Origin: Amoebidium appalachense
Taxonomy: Eukaryota; Protista; Ichthyosporea
Reading direction: 5' to 3'
Length of the DNA: 64,000 nt
NCBI GenBank assembly: GCA_963693365.1
Contig: CAVNZM010000003.1
Location: forward strand, 9,003,019 to 9,067,018
Part shown: positions 13,219 to 27,396 of the stretch, piece by piece
Layout of the letters: every line of letters begins with the position of its first letter
How positions within the stretch are numbered: the stretch's first letter is position 1
Notes under the pieces: generated by a model
The model's input: the letters and a program-made list of their open reading frames with translations, nothing else
Databases searched by the model: none
Told to the model about the DNA's origin: nothing
Made by a program: the position numbers and the translations under genes

Positions 13219-16200
13219 TCAATCCACAATATCCGGCAGACAAAGTTTAGCACGATGGTGGACATGACTCGGGCCGGGGAGGGGTTTGGTGAGGATGTCA
13301 GCTAAGTTGTGGGCTGATTCAACGTAGTGGACAACCACATCCCCACTTGCAATGTAGTCCTTGGTGTTGTGATACCGGACGGCAATGTGTTTGGTACGGT
13401 GCTTGATGCCGGTGGAGTTGACGATGGCAATGGTCGACTGGTTGTCACAGTACACCGGAGTCGGAGCAAGCATGGGGCAGCCGAGTTCCTTGAAGAGGTC
13501 ACGGACCCAAGCAACTTCTTGGGTGCCAGCATTGAGAGCAATCAGCTCAGCTTCAGTGGTGCTGGTGGCCGTGATGGGCTGGAGCTTGGAGTACCAGATG
13601 ATAGGCATACCAGCAAACTCGATGATGTAGCCGGTGGTAGACTTCTTGCTGTCGGCACAACCAGCAAAGTCAGCATCCGTGTAGCATTCGAGTATGGGGG
13701 GCTGGGTGGTCGAGTACTTGTAGTCAATGCCAAGGTCAATGGTGCCGAGCAGGTACCGGGCCACACGACGGAGAAGGTCCCAGTGAGCCTTGCCGGGGTT
13801 GGTGCTGAACCGACCAAGGAAGCCGATGGCATAGGCAATGTCGGGACGTGTGCACCGTGCCACCCAGAGGAGACGGCCGAGTAACTCACGGTAGGGCACG
13901 GTGAACGGTTGGGGGGGGCAGTCAGCCAGGGAGACGGTGGTGCCTGCAGGGATGGGGGTAGACTTGGACTTGGCATCGGTGAGGTTGAAGTCGTGGATGA
14001 TATCCATGATGTAAGAACTCTGGTGCATGTGGAGGTGATGGGGATCAGAGTGATTAAAATCAACACCGAGCATACGGTCAAATGGACTCATACGACAGCT
14101 GGCCATCTTGCTGATGTGGGCAGCCAGGTCACTGGCAGCAGTAGAACCCCGGGTGTTGGTGATGGTGGAGTCGTCGACGTAGTTACCAGCCCGAACCACA
14201 TCGTTGTTGGGGAAGAACCGGAGGTAGATGCACGGGTCGGTCTTAGTACGGGTCAGGCCATGGGCAAGAAGAATGCCGTCGAGGAAGTCGTACCAAGCCT
14301 TGGAGGCTTGCTTGAGGCCGTACAGGGCTTTCTTGAGTCTCCAGACCTTGCCAAGTGTGGCCATGGTGATGAATCCCGGGGGTTGTTTCATGTAGATGGT
14401 CTCGGTGAGTGGGCTGTTGAGAAAGGCCGTAGACACGTCGAGTTGATGGATGTCATGACCTTCAACAACGGCCAGAGCTAGGATAGCACGGAGAGCAGCC
14501 GGACGGATGACAGGGCTCTCAATCAACTCATAGTCAACACCGTATTGCTGACTGAAGCCTTGAGCAACACCACGTGCCTTGATCTTGGTGTCACCAGCCG
14601 AGTTGAGAGTTTTCTCGGAGACAATCCACTTGAAGCCGACGATGTTAGCACCAGGGGGAGGGTCAACAAGTTCAAAGATGTCTTTGTCGACGAAGGCTTG
14701 ATACTCAGCAGTGAGGGCTGACTTGACCTGGTCACCATTGGGTCCGGAACACAGTTGACGGACAAGTTTGGGTAGTTGGTCGATGTTGATGGGGGGACCG
14801 GGGGGGACGGGGAGGGTGGTGGTGGCTTGAAGTCCAACCTTGCCCTGTAGACGGGCAGAACGACGGGGTGCAGGAACCGGGGGAGGTGGAGACGGGGGGG
14901 GGGAACTTGGAAGTTCGGAATTGCAGGGGGGGCAACCTCCGGGCTGGACGGGGCCGAGTGGAAGTTGTCGGGGGAGCCGGGTCGGATGGGTGTGACGTTG
15001 CCAGGGGCAGGATGAGGGTCGGCAGGCTGGACGGGCACGGGGGCAGGGGGGCCGGTGGGGGGGGGTGTCGGGGGAACGACGATGGCAGGAGGGGGGCCAG
15101 AGTACACCAGACAAACATCATCTTCAGTGTCAACTGTGGGGGGTGGGGTGGTCGGGGTAGCAGTGGTGTCGGGGGTCGGAAGTGTTGATGGAATGTCGGA
15201 CGGGAGATAAGCTGATTCGTCGAAAATCACATCACGGAAGAGGCCGACACGATGGGTGGTGGGATTGAAGATCCGGTGGCAGTGTGATTGAAGATCATAG
15301 CCGATGTACATGCCGAGTTTGACGGTGGGGGCCAGCTTGTTCCGTTTAGAGGCTGGCACATGAGTGTAGGCAGGGCAACCGAACACCTTGAGCTCGGAGA
15401 TGTCGGGCTTGACACCGTAGAAAACCTCGAATGGTGTACGACCATTGGCAGTCGTGGACGGGGTGACGTTGATGATGTAGGCGGCATGTTGGATGGCCTC
15501 AGCCCACAGTTTGACTGATCTTGGACTTGATGGAGGAGGCAACGAACAATCTCTTGGAGGAACCGCATACGACGTTCAACATAGCCGTTCAGTCGAGGGC
15601 AGTCCACCGGAGCATAGCTGGCCTTGATGCCCTGGGAGAGGCAAAAAGCACGGGTAGCCTTGGAGGTGAACTCAGAGCCGGAGTCGAAGTGGTAGACACC
15701 AACTTTGGAGGGGGCATGGGTAGCAACGAGGTTGGTGTGAGCTGTGAGAATGTCCAGGGTGGTTGTACGGTCGGCCATCGGGTAGATCTTGACGAGTCCA
15801 GAGGCACGGCAGACAGTGACGAGAGCAACCTTGGAACCTCCGTACGATGTTGTGGTAGGCTCAAAAAAATCCCAATGCCATTCATGACCGGGGATGTTGG
15901 AGTGAGGACGGTCACCCTTGAACGGAGCCTTGGTGGTTTTACCCATAATACAGCCATGACAATCAGGAACATCACAGCCGAGGACAGACGAGGGGAGACC
16001 AATAACAAGGTCGTGTTTCACCATGTCCTTGATGCTGGTCATAGCACGGTGCCCCAGACGATGGTGCCAGATGGATGGGTTAACACTGGTAGTGGCAGCC
16101 AGAGCCACAGGACGAGTGGGTGGTTGAATGGTGTAGTCCTTGAAGTAATACAGACCGTTGTGTAGATGGAGGTTGACGAGATGACGGCCGGTGAGTCGGT

Positions 16201-17614
16201 CGAAGAGGAATGTCGGAGTGGAGGCATCATTCAAATCACCCTTGATGTATTCGGCAGCAGCTTGGGATGTTGAAATGAGGAAGGCTTGGCCAGACGGGGT
16301 GTAGTAGGCTTCAATGGTAAGGGTGGCAGTGCCATGGTCGGTGGTGGTGTTGATGACGATATGGCCGGTGTGAGTGGCCAAGACGGGGGTGCCATTGAAG
16401 GCAGCAACGGGAGTCGGTGTCGGAAGGGGAGTGAGGTCATGGAAGAACTCACGGGTGGGGCAGACAGTCATGTTGCACCCGGAATCCCAGGCAGGGTCGG
16501 AGGACACGGGGACGGAGCTAGCATTGTATGCCGAGAAAGCAAAGGAGACAGATTTCTCACTGCCTTGACGGGAACGGTTGTGTCTGGACATACGGCATTT
16601 CGGCTCAGGGTAATCGATGATCGTGTGATCAGGCTCGTGGCAGTAGGAGCATGCTTTCACGGACGGGGTGTTAGAACGAGCCGGGGAATCAGAACGACGG
16701 GAACCCGAGAAACGGGAACGACTGGGGGAACGAGACGTGGACCGGAAGGCAGGCCGGTGGGGGGAACGGGATCGGGTGTGCTGACGGGAGAGACGAGTTC
16801 GGAGGTCCGTGCCAGGGGTACGGTCAAGTCGGTTGCGTAAGTCACGGCGAGGAAGATCACGGGGGGGAGCACTGGCATTTAATGCCATGCTGGACTTGGA
16901 GGCACGGTGGGCACGGTTGCTCCGGAGTTGCATCTTGAGGTCTTGACGTAACTCGATGCCCTTGACGTGGTTGTGGAGGGACTCGAAGTCGGGGAATAGC
17001 TTATCACCGAGGTGATAGTCTTCGATAAGACGGTTGAACTCAGGGGTGAGGTCGTCTCTGGTGGTGAGTTCATTGAAGAACTTCTCAGCTAGACGAGTGA
17101 AGTGAATGGACTCATCTTGGAGGGACTGGAGCTGGTTCACGATGGTCTGCAGACGACTCAGGTAGGTGGTGAATGATTCACCGGGCTGAAGGGCACAGGC
17201 ATCCCACTGACGGTGAAGGATGCGGATCTGATCGGGTTTGCCTTGGAGGTAGTGTTGACGGAATTTCCACATGGCCCGTTCAGGGTCCATGCCAATACGG
17301 TACTGGGCAACGGTGGTGAGGACGGAAGGGTCGATGTTCTGTATCATATGGAGCAGGAGGCAATTGCGGGCCTCCTTGAGTTCCGCGGTAGTGCCGTAGC
17401 CATAGAAGGGGGGTTCACCGTCAACCGCGACGGTGGTAGGGGGGACGTAGTTGTCAGCAAGTACAACATCCACGAGTCGGACACCTTTAGTGCCGGTCAT
17501 CATGCCGAGAAAAATGATTTCCCATTGAAAATAGGTGGTTTTGCTATCGGGACCAGTCTTCCCTTCACCTTTCCACATGGTTATTTTGTTTACACCAGTT
17601 TTGTTTGGATCCAT
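13219..17614 (-). pseudogene. Copia gag-pol polyprotein, copy 2
   Basis: Essentially identical to copy 1, including the integrase frameshift; visible differences are G-run lengths. Confidence 0.95.
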
Positions 17615-17676
17615 GATTGAAAAACGAGCGCTAGTTCTAGATGTGTGTAGGGAGCGTGCAAAAGGGCTGCATAACC

Positions 17677-18601
17677 TGTTAAATTGTATAAGTATTTGGG
17701 ATGTAAGCAGAGACACAGTGGTGCAGTGTGAAAACACCACAGACACACACAACAACAAAACACGGAACAATCGGAGCAGTGTACACAACAGACATCAATG
17801 TTTAGACACGACTGAACTGAATTTATTCTGATCTTCGAATAAATACCTGAAATTCCTCTAAGTCCAATCCATACATGATTTCCGACCAGTCGGAAATCAG
17901 ATCTATCTCTAATAGAAACCAATCACTAAGAACCAATTGCTTTCAGAGAGATCCGGTACGCGGAGACGCACACGATAGGACACAGACACTAGTTAAGGTC
18001 AACTCGTGTCATCATCAAGGAAATTCTAACCTATGACATACTGCAAAGACTCAGACATATCACACTTAACCTTGATGATTGGTTAAAGCCCGGCAACACA
18101 TGAAAACTAAAGTAAATTAATGAAGTCTAAACACACATGCTATTCTAAGTGTAGCCTAAGTGTGTTACCGTCCAATGAGCACGTATTAAGTAACACAAAT
18201 CTACCTAACATATATTAGTAGAAAAGAAATACAATTATACACACGAAGACAAAGAGAGAAAGAAAAGAAAATAAGGAAGGAGAAGGAGGAAGGAAAAGAG
18301 AGCACAGATCAACAAACAAGATAGTAATAGCATAACTATAACCAGAGATATTTATGTACACACGAACATGTACACGTCTCTCCCTGAGTGGGTGGATCCG
18401 TGTACACACATATAAATATTCTAATCGATATTACAATACACGATTAGAGCCGATACAACACGATTACAAGTAAACAAGCATATCGGAGATCGATGCTACA
18501 CTTTACATAATAGGAGTGTGGCATATACACTAAGCATATGAACTGAAACATAACACAAACTGAGAAGATCTTACCATATGTAGATACTACGTATTACAAC
18601 A
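17677..18601 (-). repeat. Copia-A 5' LTR
   Basis: Same 925-bp LTR with one visible SNP (ggaacaatcgg versus ggaacgatcgg). Confidence 0.96.
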
Positions 18602-18859
18602 CACAATCGAGAAATCACAGATATCTCATTGAGAAGATAAAGTATTTTTTTACTCTCAAACACGTTGTAAGGAACGACTTAAACTTAGTTAATTATAAAC
18701 CCGAGAAAACCTCTAAAATACGATGATTTAGCAAACTTTAGCAGTCAATAGACGTTATCTTTTTATTTTAATTAATACGACTGGAAAACGAAAACAGACA
18801 AAATACCTGCTGGGCACGTACACACTAAACTGGCTGCAATACAGCTAAGAAACCATATA

Positions 18860-19486
18860 TTTGTGTGACACGTGAATTGTTTACTTCTGGAACTCAGGCT
18901 AAGAGGGCGACCCATTATGCTTTCGCATATTCAAGGCCAAAGCGGTACACTGGCAGATGAAGCTTACATGCTTGCAGTATGATTTCTGCAAAAGCAATTG
19001 ATGTGGCACACGGATTGGCCGCCCAACAAAAACGGCCTCACGTGGTCTATGCGACATAATACGTTATTTCGGTTTGCTTGATTGTGGGAGTTTTGGTTTT
19101 AACGTGATTGGGTGGGAAGGAACAGGTGTGCATCAGTGGCGGGCCACACGGTGCTGTGATGCTTTCTCATTTGCAATAAAATGTAGCGTTAAAATGAGAT
19201 TTAGGAGACCTCATTCCTAGGTGCTTGTGGGGCGCACGTCCGCGGGCGGGGGGGGGGGGGGGGGGGGGGGGGGGGGAGGGGGGGGGGGGGGGGGGAGGGG
19301 GTAAGAGTTCATAACGCGTGTAAGCCGAATTTCATTTAACTTTAGCTAATAACTATTCACAGCATTCCTAAAGGAAGGGCAGTTGAGGACCAACTTGGCC
19401 AAATGTACTCCAAGTAGGGAGTTGACTGGTGGTGGTGTGTGTACGCCTGTGTGTGTGGGTGTGCTTTGCACGCGGTGTGTATGTAC

Positions 19487-19524
<38 letters not shown>

Positions 19525-20400
19525 GCAAAATCCAAAGCATTTAACTGGCCCCCTCGCCCCTCTCCCCTCCTCCTCTCTCTCCCTCTCTCTTTCCATTTTT
19601 TTTACAAAAGGGTTTCCTTTCCTTTATAGTTTTCCCTTCTTTTTCTTTTCTTTTTCTTTTTTTTTTTCCCGAAACGGTCGGGGAAGGGGGAAAGGGTTGG
19701 GAGAGGGGGGAGATGTTAGGGGTGGGGAGGTGCCACCGAGGAGTATGCCAGATGGCAAGGGACTGAGGAGTGAGGATGGGGGAGACAGGGACCCAGGGGG
19801 AGGGGGGGGGGGGGGGGCTTTTTGGGGGCAGGGGATGTGATGGGGGGCAGGGAGGGAGGGGCAGGGGGAGGGGGGAAAGAGAAGAGGGGGAGGGGGGGAG
19901 GAGGGGGGGGAGAGGGGGGGGGAGTTTTGTGCCTGTAGGTTGCCAAACGTAAAATGGCAGCAGCAGAAAAGATTCTGGGGATTGGTGGCAACACGTGTAC
20001 ACATTACGTGATCAAAACAGTGAAAACAAATAGTCATAGTGGGACTCAAAGAAAACGGTACAGGACAGGGGGTTGTAAAAAAAGTGCCACGACACAACTA
20101 ATCTGAAAAACAAACGGAAAAAAACGAAAAAAAAATAAAGAAAAAAGAATGCCAATGGGACGCACTGAAGAGGCAGAAATGCAACTTCATAATTAATGGT
20201 TGTGTAATTTATGGTATAGAATTCTTCACTTGGGCAACTAACTCTTTTTGGGCGGCTAGTTATTATTAGTACTTGGTGTTCCGCCTTGCAGAAAGCTTCT
20301 GCACCTATGATAGTTACAACTTGAACGGACTGGCCACCAACAGTTATGAACCTATCATCCATTTAGCATATAGAAATACTTTGGCTCGCTTGATTGTGTT
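18860..20400 (+). pseudogene. Two further degenerate copies of the DWPP/LDCG module (about 18860-19112, 20200-20400)
   Basis: ggattggccgccc...gcttgattgtggg (19012-19088) and ggactggccacc...gcttgattgtg (20327-20398). Confidence 0.5.
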
Positions 20401-20671
20401 TTTGATGGCAAAATCAGACCCATTATTTTTAGCACGCCTCAGAGCACCCAGGGGAGGGGGGGGGGGGGGGGGAAGGGCCAGAGAAGACACAGAGACACTT
20501 TTTTTTTTTTTTTTTTTTTTGGGGGGGGGGGGGGAGGGAGGGGGGGAGGAAGTATTGAACGGGAATTTGGAAGGTTTTTAAACACTTGCCATTGCCCTCT
20601 GCCTTCCATAACCCTTCCCCTTCTCCCCGTTCTCCCCACCTCCCCCCCCCCCCCCCCCCACCACCTCCCCC

Positions 20672-20702
<31 letters not shown>

Positions 20703-21799
20703 ACACACACAACTTGAACCACAACCACAACCAAAAAAAAAAAAAAAAAAAAAAAGATCCACAATGAGATTTTTTAAATAACAACAACAAGAAGAAGCTA
20801 CTAAAAGAACAGACTCATGTTTAGACGTAACTGTGATCACATCCTTTGCTACATTTCCACTTCCAAGCACCTACGTATGGGTGAGTGCCAGGGAGGAAAA
20901 CAATCAAAGGAGCTCGCAACATGAAAAAGGTACAAGAAAAACAGATTTTTTATTGGGGAAAAAATGGGTAGTGGGCAAGCAGCTTCTCCCCCCCCTCCCC
21001 CCGCCCCCGCCCCCGGGCCCCCTCCCCCTCCCCCCCCTCCTCCCCCGTTCCCGTCCGGACCCCCCTCCCCCCATCCACAAAAAAAAACCTCTTTAGGCCA
21101 GACGAGTTATGATAAGAAACTTTCAAGATTAAGATTATGATTCTGTTCGCTGTACGTCATAACAACACACCGTAAACATACGGACTGCCTCCGAGTCGCC
21201 CCTGTCAGCCCCCCTTGCCCTCCTCCCCCTCCTCCCCCTCCTCAGCCTCCTCCCTCTCCCCCCCATCCCCACTCCCGGCGTCTCCTCAGAAACCTGCTGC
21301 GTGCACCTGACCGTGTGCACAGGTGCAGATTCCTACTGAGGAGTGTAACTCTTGCATAATGCATTCCTTCTATGAAAAACTACTCCGGGACGTGTGTTGT
21401 CTCTAGGGGGATATCCCCTTGGACGAAAGTGAACCTGCAATGGTTGTAAACCACGGCAAGCCCCCAGTCATCAATTTATTGATCCGTGAGGTCCTTGTGC
21501 CCAAAAAACGGGGGAAGTCTTCGCCCCGTGAAAAAACAGCACGTATATATGTGTGGATCAATGGGGGTTGAGTGTGGGTGTAGGTGGGTGGGTGAAAAAG
21601 GAATATATAGCTGTAAGGATGTGGGTGCTAAACACAGAAGATGTGTTTGTAGCTTGCTGATCTGCTAAAAACTGTCGTGCTTATATACCTAAGCCTACCG
21701 ATCTGAGCCAATCAAAATCGATCCAGTGATATGTGAAATCTGATCCGAGCCAATCAAAACTCGGTCTAGTGATATGTGGAATCTGATGTTTTGATTGGC

Positions 21800-22415
21800 A
21801 TGGGACAAAGTACCGGAGGGGGTGTAGCTGAAGGTCACGTCCTTCCTTTTAACGTGACGGGACGGGTCGAAGGAAGTCAGGGTCTTGGAGGTAAATTCCC
21901 CCGAACGGAGGAGACCACAAAAACCGACGATGAGGACCGTCCATAGCCGGAGATTGGCCGAGGAGGCCTTGGTGGGGCACTGGCCATGGAGTAGGCTGAG
22001 GTGGGAGGGCAGGAGGGGCTCCCTGGTAGATGATCGGGGCCGGATGTTGTGAGAAAGCTGCCATCTGCCCACCCTTCGTAGGAACCAGGCCAGAGACTTG
22101 TTGTGGGGGTAGGGAGCAGCCTGGGAGGCCCATGTCGAGGTGGAGTCTGGTGATGGCCGAATTGTAGCCGGTCAAGGAAGAGGCCTGTACCCCTCGTTGG
22201 GCACACCAGGCGAGAAAGAGCTGCACGGTGTGTGGGGAGGCCGGGAGGTAGGACCCGGAGGAGGACTGCAGCCGAGATGCCACACAAAAATCGATGAACA
22301 CTTTTTGCACCGGGGAGTAAAAGGCCCGAGAGTCGAGGTTGAGACTCAGGGCCTGGCATTCCTGCAGGGTAGTGGTGGCTCGAAGCAGCTCGGCCGGAGC
22401 AAAGTGGGGGGCCAA
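21800..22415 (-). pseudogene. Tyrosine recombinase, N-terminal half (frameshifted, truncated)
   Basis: FIDFC...YLPASPHTVQLFLAW...SLTGYNSAITRLH, then LWTVLIVGFCGLLRSGEF (first catalytic Arg). Confidence 0.88.
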
Positions 22416-22472
22416 TCTGCCGGCGTTGCTCCGGAAGGGGAGATCTGGGGGGAGGGGTGGGGGGGGGGGGTG

Positions 22473-22643
22473 TTAGCCCAGGGGATAGGATAGGAACTCG
22501 TGGACCCAGGAGGGGAAGGGGCAGGGCTCCGGTTGCAGGGAAGGTCGGAGTCGTCGGGCTAGGGGAAGTTGGTTACGAGAAATGGCATCGGCTAGATGAT
22601 TGAGGGGTCCCGGTAGGTAGGAGGCCTGTAACGTGAATTGGTA
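22473..22643 (-). pseudogene. C-terminal RNase H segment of Ngaro copy 1
   Basis: YQFTLQASYLPGPLNHLADAISR continues ...RMEMHY from 34598 once the pogo element is removed. Confidence 0.9.
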
Positions 22644-23046
22644 CAGTATGCGTCCGCGCGTAACATACCGCCCCGACAAGGGTCGAGGTCGTTATGTTAA
22701 ATTTTAATTAGTATCTAAAAATAGGCTCCCAGAGCCCGTCTCGATTATGTTACCCCCCCCCCCCCCCCCTCCCCCCCCCCCCCCCCCCCCCCCCCCCCGG
22801 CCCGCCCGCCCCTCCCCGCCCCGCCCAGGAGGCCACACTGGGCCTCTCCATCGGGCGGGGAATCCGCAAACCGCTAAATGACATAAATATAGTAGTAAAC
22901 AAATAATAAATTGATCAAATGAATGAATAAACAAAGAATACTTATACCTTCCTTTTTGAGATGGTGAAAAAAAAAAGGGGGAAATTCGGAAAGAAAAAAA
23001 AAAAACTTTGAAAAAAAAAAAAAAAAGAAGCTGAAAGCGTGAAAGC

Positions 23047-23143
<97 letters not shown>

Positions 23144-23328
23144 TTTTTAAATCTAAATCAATACTTGTAAGTCTAGCATTTAGTACATCAAGTCCCCCCC
23201 CCCCCACCCCCCCCCCCCCCTCCTCCCCAACCCGCTAAATAAGTAAACATAGAGGAAATCAATAAGTAATTGATTCAAATAATAATAAAAACATACTAAT
23301 TTTTTTCAAGGGGACCAAACCAAAAAAG

Positions 23329-23362
<34 letters not shown>

Positions 23363-24025
23363 CAACTCATACAAACAAGGACGTACTAGTCTTTCTGCTC
23401 CCTCACACCTTACTCTCACACGAATTTGGCACCACACACCTACACGAGTAAGAGGCAACCCCTCCCCCTTCGCCTGATTCAGGGTTTCATCAAGCTCCAA
23501 ACCATTACCGTAACTCACACGGAAAAGAAACCCCCTTTTCTGGGCACCACCCACTATCACCCCACGCAGCCAGCCCACCAAACTAAACCTGCGCAAGATC
23601 TCACACCCATGCAAATTGCTACCCAACCGGGGGGCACTCCTTAACTACTTCGTACCCCTCAGGTATCTCGCATTCGTTCTCCTCCTCCTGTTTCTCCTCC
23701 TCCTCCTCCTCCTCCTCCTCCTCCTCCTCCTTGCCCTCCTCCTCCTCCTCGCCCTCCTCCTCCTCCTCCTGCGAGCCGCTCTCGTCGCCACTACCGATTT
23801 CATCATCCACCTCATCCTCCAAATCCTCGGGATCCTTTTCGGCCTCGTCTGCATCCGGTACCTCCTGATAATCACCCACGAGCCCCCAATCTGCCTGCAC
23901 TGGCCCTACTGGCCGGGGGAATGTATATTTCATCCCCTTCGGCAACCCTTCGAGGGTAATTAACTTATCATCTGCTGGGTCGGTAGACATAAGGCCGCCC
24001 GTTGCCTCAAACGATCTCCACCGCA

Positions 24026-24954
24026 TGTAAAATTATATAAGTATTTGGGACGGAAGCAGAGACACAGTGGTGCAGTGTGAAAACACCACAGACACACACA
24101 ACAACAAAACACGGAACAATCGGAGCAGTGTACACAACAGACATCAATGTTTAGACACGACTGAACTCAATTTATTCTGATCTTCGAATAAATACCTGAA
24201 ATTCCTCTAAGTCCAATCCATACATGATTTCCGACCAGTCGGAAATCAGATCTATCTCTAATAGAAACCAATCACTAAGAACCAATTGCTTTCAGAGAGA
24301 TCTGGTACGCGGAGACGTACACGATAGGACACGGACACTAGTTAAGATCAACTCGTGTCATATCAAGGAAGTTCTAACCTATGACATACTGCAAAGACTC
24401 AGACATATCACACTTAACCTTGATGATTGGTTAAAGCCCGGCAACACATGAAAACTAAAGTAAATTAATGAAGTCTAAACACACATGTTATTCTAAGTGT
24501 AGCCTAAGTGTGTTACCGTCCAATGAACACGTATTAAGTAACACAAATCTACCTAACATATATTAGTAGAAAAGAAATACGATTATACACATGAAGACAA
24601 GGAGAGAAAGAAAAGAAAATAAGGAAGGAGAAAGAGAAAGGAAAAGAGAGCACAGATCAACAAACAAGATAGTAATAGCATAACTATAACCAGAGATATT
24701 TATGTACACACGAACATGTACACGTCTCTCCCTGAGTGGGTGGATCCGTGTACACACATATAAATATTCTAATCGATATTACAACACACGATTAAAGCCG
24801 ATACAACACGATTAATCACAAGTATACAAGCATATCGGAGATCGATGCTACACTTTACATAATGCGGAGTGTGGCATTTACACTAAGCATATGAACTGAA
24901 ACATAACACAAACTGAGAAGATCTTACCATATGTAAATACTACGTATTACAACA
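24026..24954 (-). mobile_element. Copia-A solo LTR
   Basis: Slightly diverged LTR-A; TSD CCGCA on both sides; removal restores the transposase frame SKLR|WRSFE. Confidence 0.95.
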
Positions 24955-26045
24955 CCGCAACTTTGAATAGTTGGGCTTCGCCTGTACTGTGCCGTCGGGA
25001 GAACCCAAAACATCCTCCACAGCCTGACCAATAAAATGGGTGACGAGAACGCGCTTTTCGGACGCTGTGATAGAGTTACTGACCCATTTTTCCAAGTGAC
25101 CCTCCTCCTCCAACCATTGCTCCTGCAACTCTCCCGCTCGACGCTTGATTGCCCGCCCAACATGGTGGTCGGTCGCCTGTGTGCCATCCGTACAACCGGC
25201 TGGCGTGTACCATGGGGTGATGCGCAAATCATCCTGCTGTAGCCGCTGGCGAATTTGATCCTGCAGGGGAATTCAGAGGGGTGGGGGGCCGGGGGGGGGG
25301 GGGGGGGTAAGAGGGGAAGGGGAGGGGGGGGGGGAGGGGAAGAGGGGAAGGGGAGGGAGGAAGAGGAAGGAAGGAGGAGAGGAAGGAGGGTTCAAGTTGG
25401 TGGAAGGTGGGGAGGGGGGGAGGGGGGGGAGGAGGGGAGGGGAGGGGAAGGAGAGGGAGGGGGAGGAAGGAAGGAGGAGAGGAAGGACCTGGTGGGTTGG
25501 TGGGTGGGTTGGGGGGGGGGGGGGGGGGGGGGGATTTTAAATATGTGTGCATTCAACAACTCTCCCAGGATGTGTGTTGTGTTGAAAGTAGGCACTATAC
25601 TTATTAAATGCATGGACAGGCATTGTCAAAAATTAATCACACGGAATAATGGAAAAATCTAAACAAAGTGGCCAATTATGATACCGGTCACGGTTATAAG
25701 TGCTTTCAAAGGTGCATGAAGGATGGTCAATGGGGCCTTGAAGCACTAGTGTATTATCTTCGTTTTGGTCGTTTAGTTCAATTCTTTCCCTTGCCCACCC
25801 CCCTCCCCCCCCCCCCCCCCCCTCCTCCCCCCCCCTCTCCCCCCCCCCCCCCCTCCCCACCTTCCCCCCTAGCTCCTCCTTGCCTTTTTCTTTTTCCCCG
25901 TAATTGTTTTCTTTTGACACGTGAGAATATAGGGAGAGAGGGGGGGGGGGGGGGGGGGAAGAGGGAGGAGGAGGAGGGGGGGGGGAGAGGGGGGAGAGAG
26001 GGAGGAAGGGGGGAGAGAGAGGGAGGGGGGAGGGGAGTCCATACC

Positions 26046-26795
26046 TGTTGTTTTGTGTGGGTAAACGGGAAAGCAGAGTGCACAGATGGGTGTTATGTTA
26101 TACACAACACAGAGACACACGGGAGAAACACAACCGGAGAGGTGGAACGATTACTGGGGCCATAGGAAAATGATTCGACTGCTTAATATTTATTTCAAGA
26201 TGAAGTCCCTTTTATACTTGGGAATGTGAAATCGATAAACCAATCATAAGAACGAAAACACTATTTTCCAATCAGAAAGACGAAAACTATGAGTGTAAAA
26301 TATATCGATCGAAATGTCTGTCGACACATAGAATATAAAACGCAATCCTCTAATGAAAGAAACTTCTAATAAAAGCACGGAAACATTTAACAAAATGAAA
26401 CCACTTATGTAACTAACGGTTCACATTATACATTTATACATGTTCTTAACATAACACGTCTAAATATAATTATTCCTAATAGTTGGAGAACATAGCACAA
26501 TGCTACGTCGTGAGAAAAGAAGGGAAAGGAATGGGAAAGGAATGTAAGTTACTATATTTGGGAAAATACAGTCGAGATCTGATTGGATAACATATTTAGA
26601 TATTGACACAAACGACAATACGTGTGCGCGAGCTAAATATCTCGATGTGTACAGAGATCTAAGATATCGGTGTACACGGAAACAGAAAGGAAAGAAAGAA
26701 AGGAAGAAAGGAAAAGGGAAACAAACTACAACAAACTAATAAACAAATATAAAACTCAACTTCTAAGTCTTGCCGTGAATCATGGGAAGATGACA
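26046..26795 (-). mobile_element. Solo LTR, Copia family C (750 bp)
   Basis: TGTTG...TGACA with TSD ATACC; homologous to 53609-53733 plus 57140-57806, where a PBS is adjacent. Confidence 0.92.
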
Positions 26796-27228
26796 ATACC
26801 TGCGTCTGTGCGGCCAAGTTGTCCATGAAACATAGATAGTCATCCAGTTGAGTGCGGTCCACAAACTCTTTGAGTGTTCGGTCTGCATACTGCAGGGCAA
26901 CATCTGTATCCACCCAGGCATTTTTCTGCCAGTACACATCCACCCCCTTGTGGTAGCTCTCCTTCTCCACCGCACTAACTTTCCCTTGTCCACGGAAGAC
27001 GACCGCAGGTCTTGGGAATCGACCTGCACGGAGGTGACATGCGACATGTCAAAAAATGCCATGGGGGGAAGAAAGAAAAAATGGGGGATGGGGGGGGGGG
27101 GGGGGGGGGGAGGATGGGAGGGTTTTTTTTTTTTTTTTTTTTTTTTTGGTAGTGGTGGATGTGGTGAATGTGGTGGTGGTGGTGGTGGTGGTGGTGGTGG
27201 TGGTGGTGGTGGGATGTGTGTGTGTGTT

Positions 27229-27270
<42 letters not shown>

Positions 27271-27271
27271 T

Positions 27272-27313
<42 letters not shown>

Positions 27314-27362
27314 TGGGTGGGTGGGTGGGTGGGGTGGGTGGTGGTGGTGGTGGTGGTGGGGG

Positions 27363-27396
<34 letters not shown>

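Larger units (their letters stand above)
6071..18601 (-). mobile_element. Tandem Ty1/Copia LTR retrotransposon (family A), three LTRs and two internal regions
   Basis: Three 925-bp TG...CA LTRs (6071-6995, 11877-12801, 17677-18601); single TSD CACAA (6066-6070, 18602-18606); PBS GGTTATGCAGCCC and PPT AGTGGGGA on - strand; gag-PR-IN-RT-RH order. Confidence 0.97.

Noticed and set aside
7524-17831. Plus-strand ORFs over the Copia internal regions and short ORFs in LTRs
   Set aside because: Antisense shadows of GC-rich coding sequence with no recognisable motifs.
21330-21460. Hammerhead ribozyme in the Ngaro B repeat (hairpins plus GACGAAA)
   Set aside because: No CTGANGA core in the required position in any copy; the nearby ctgagga lies outside the element.
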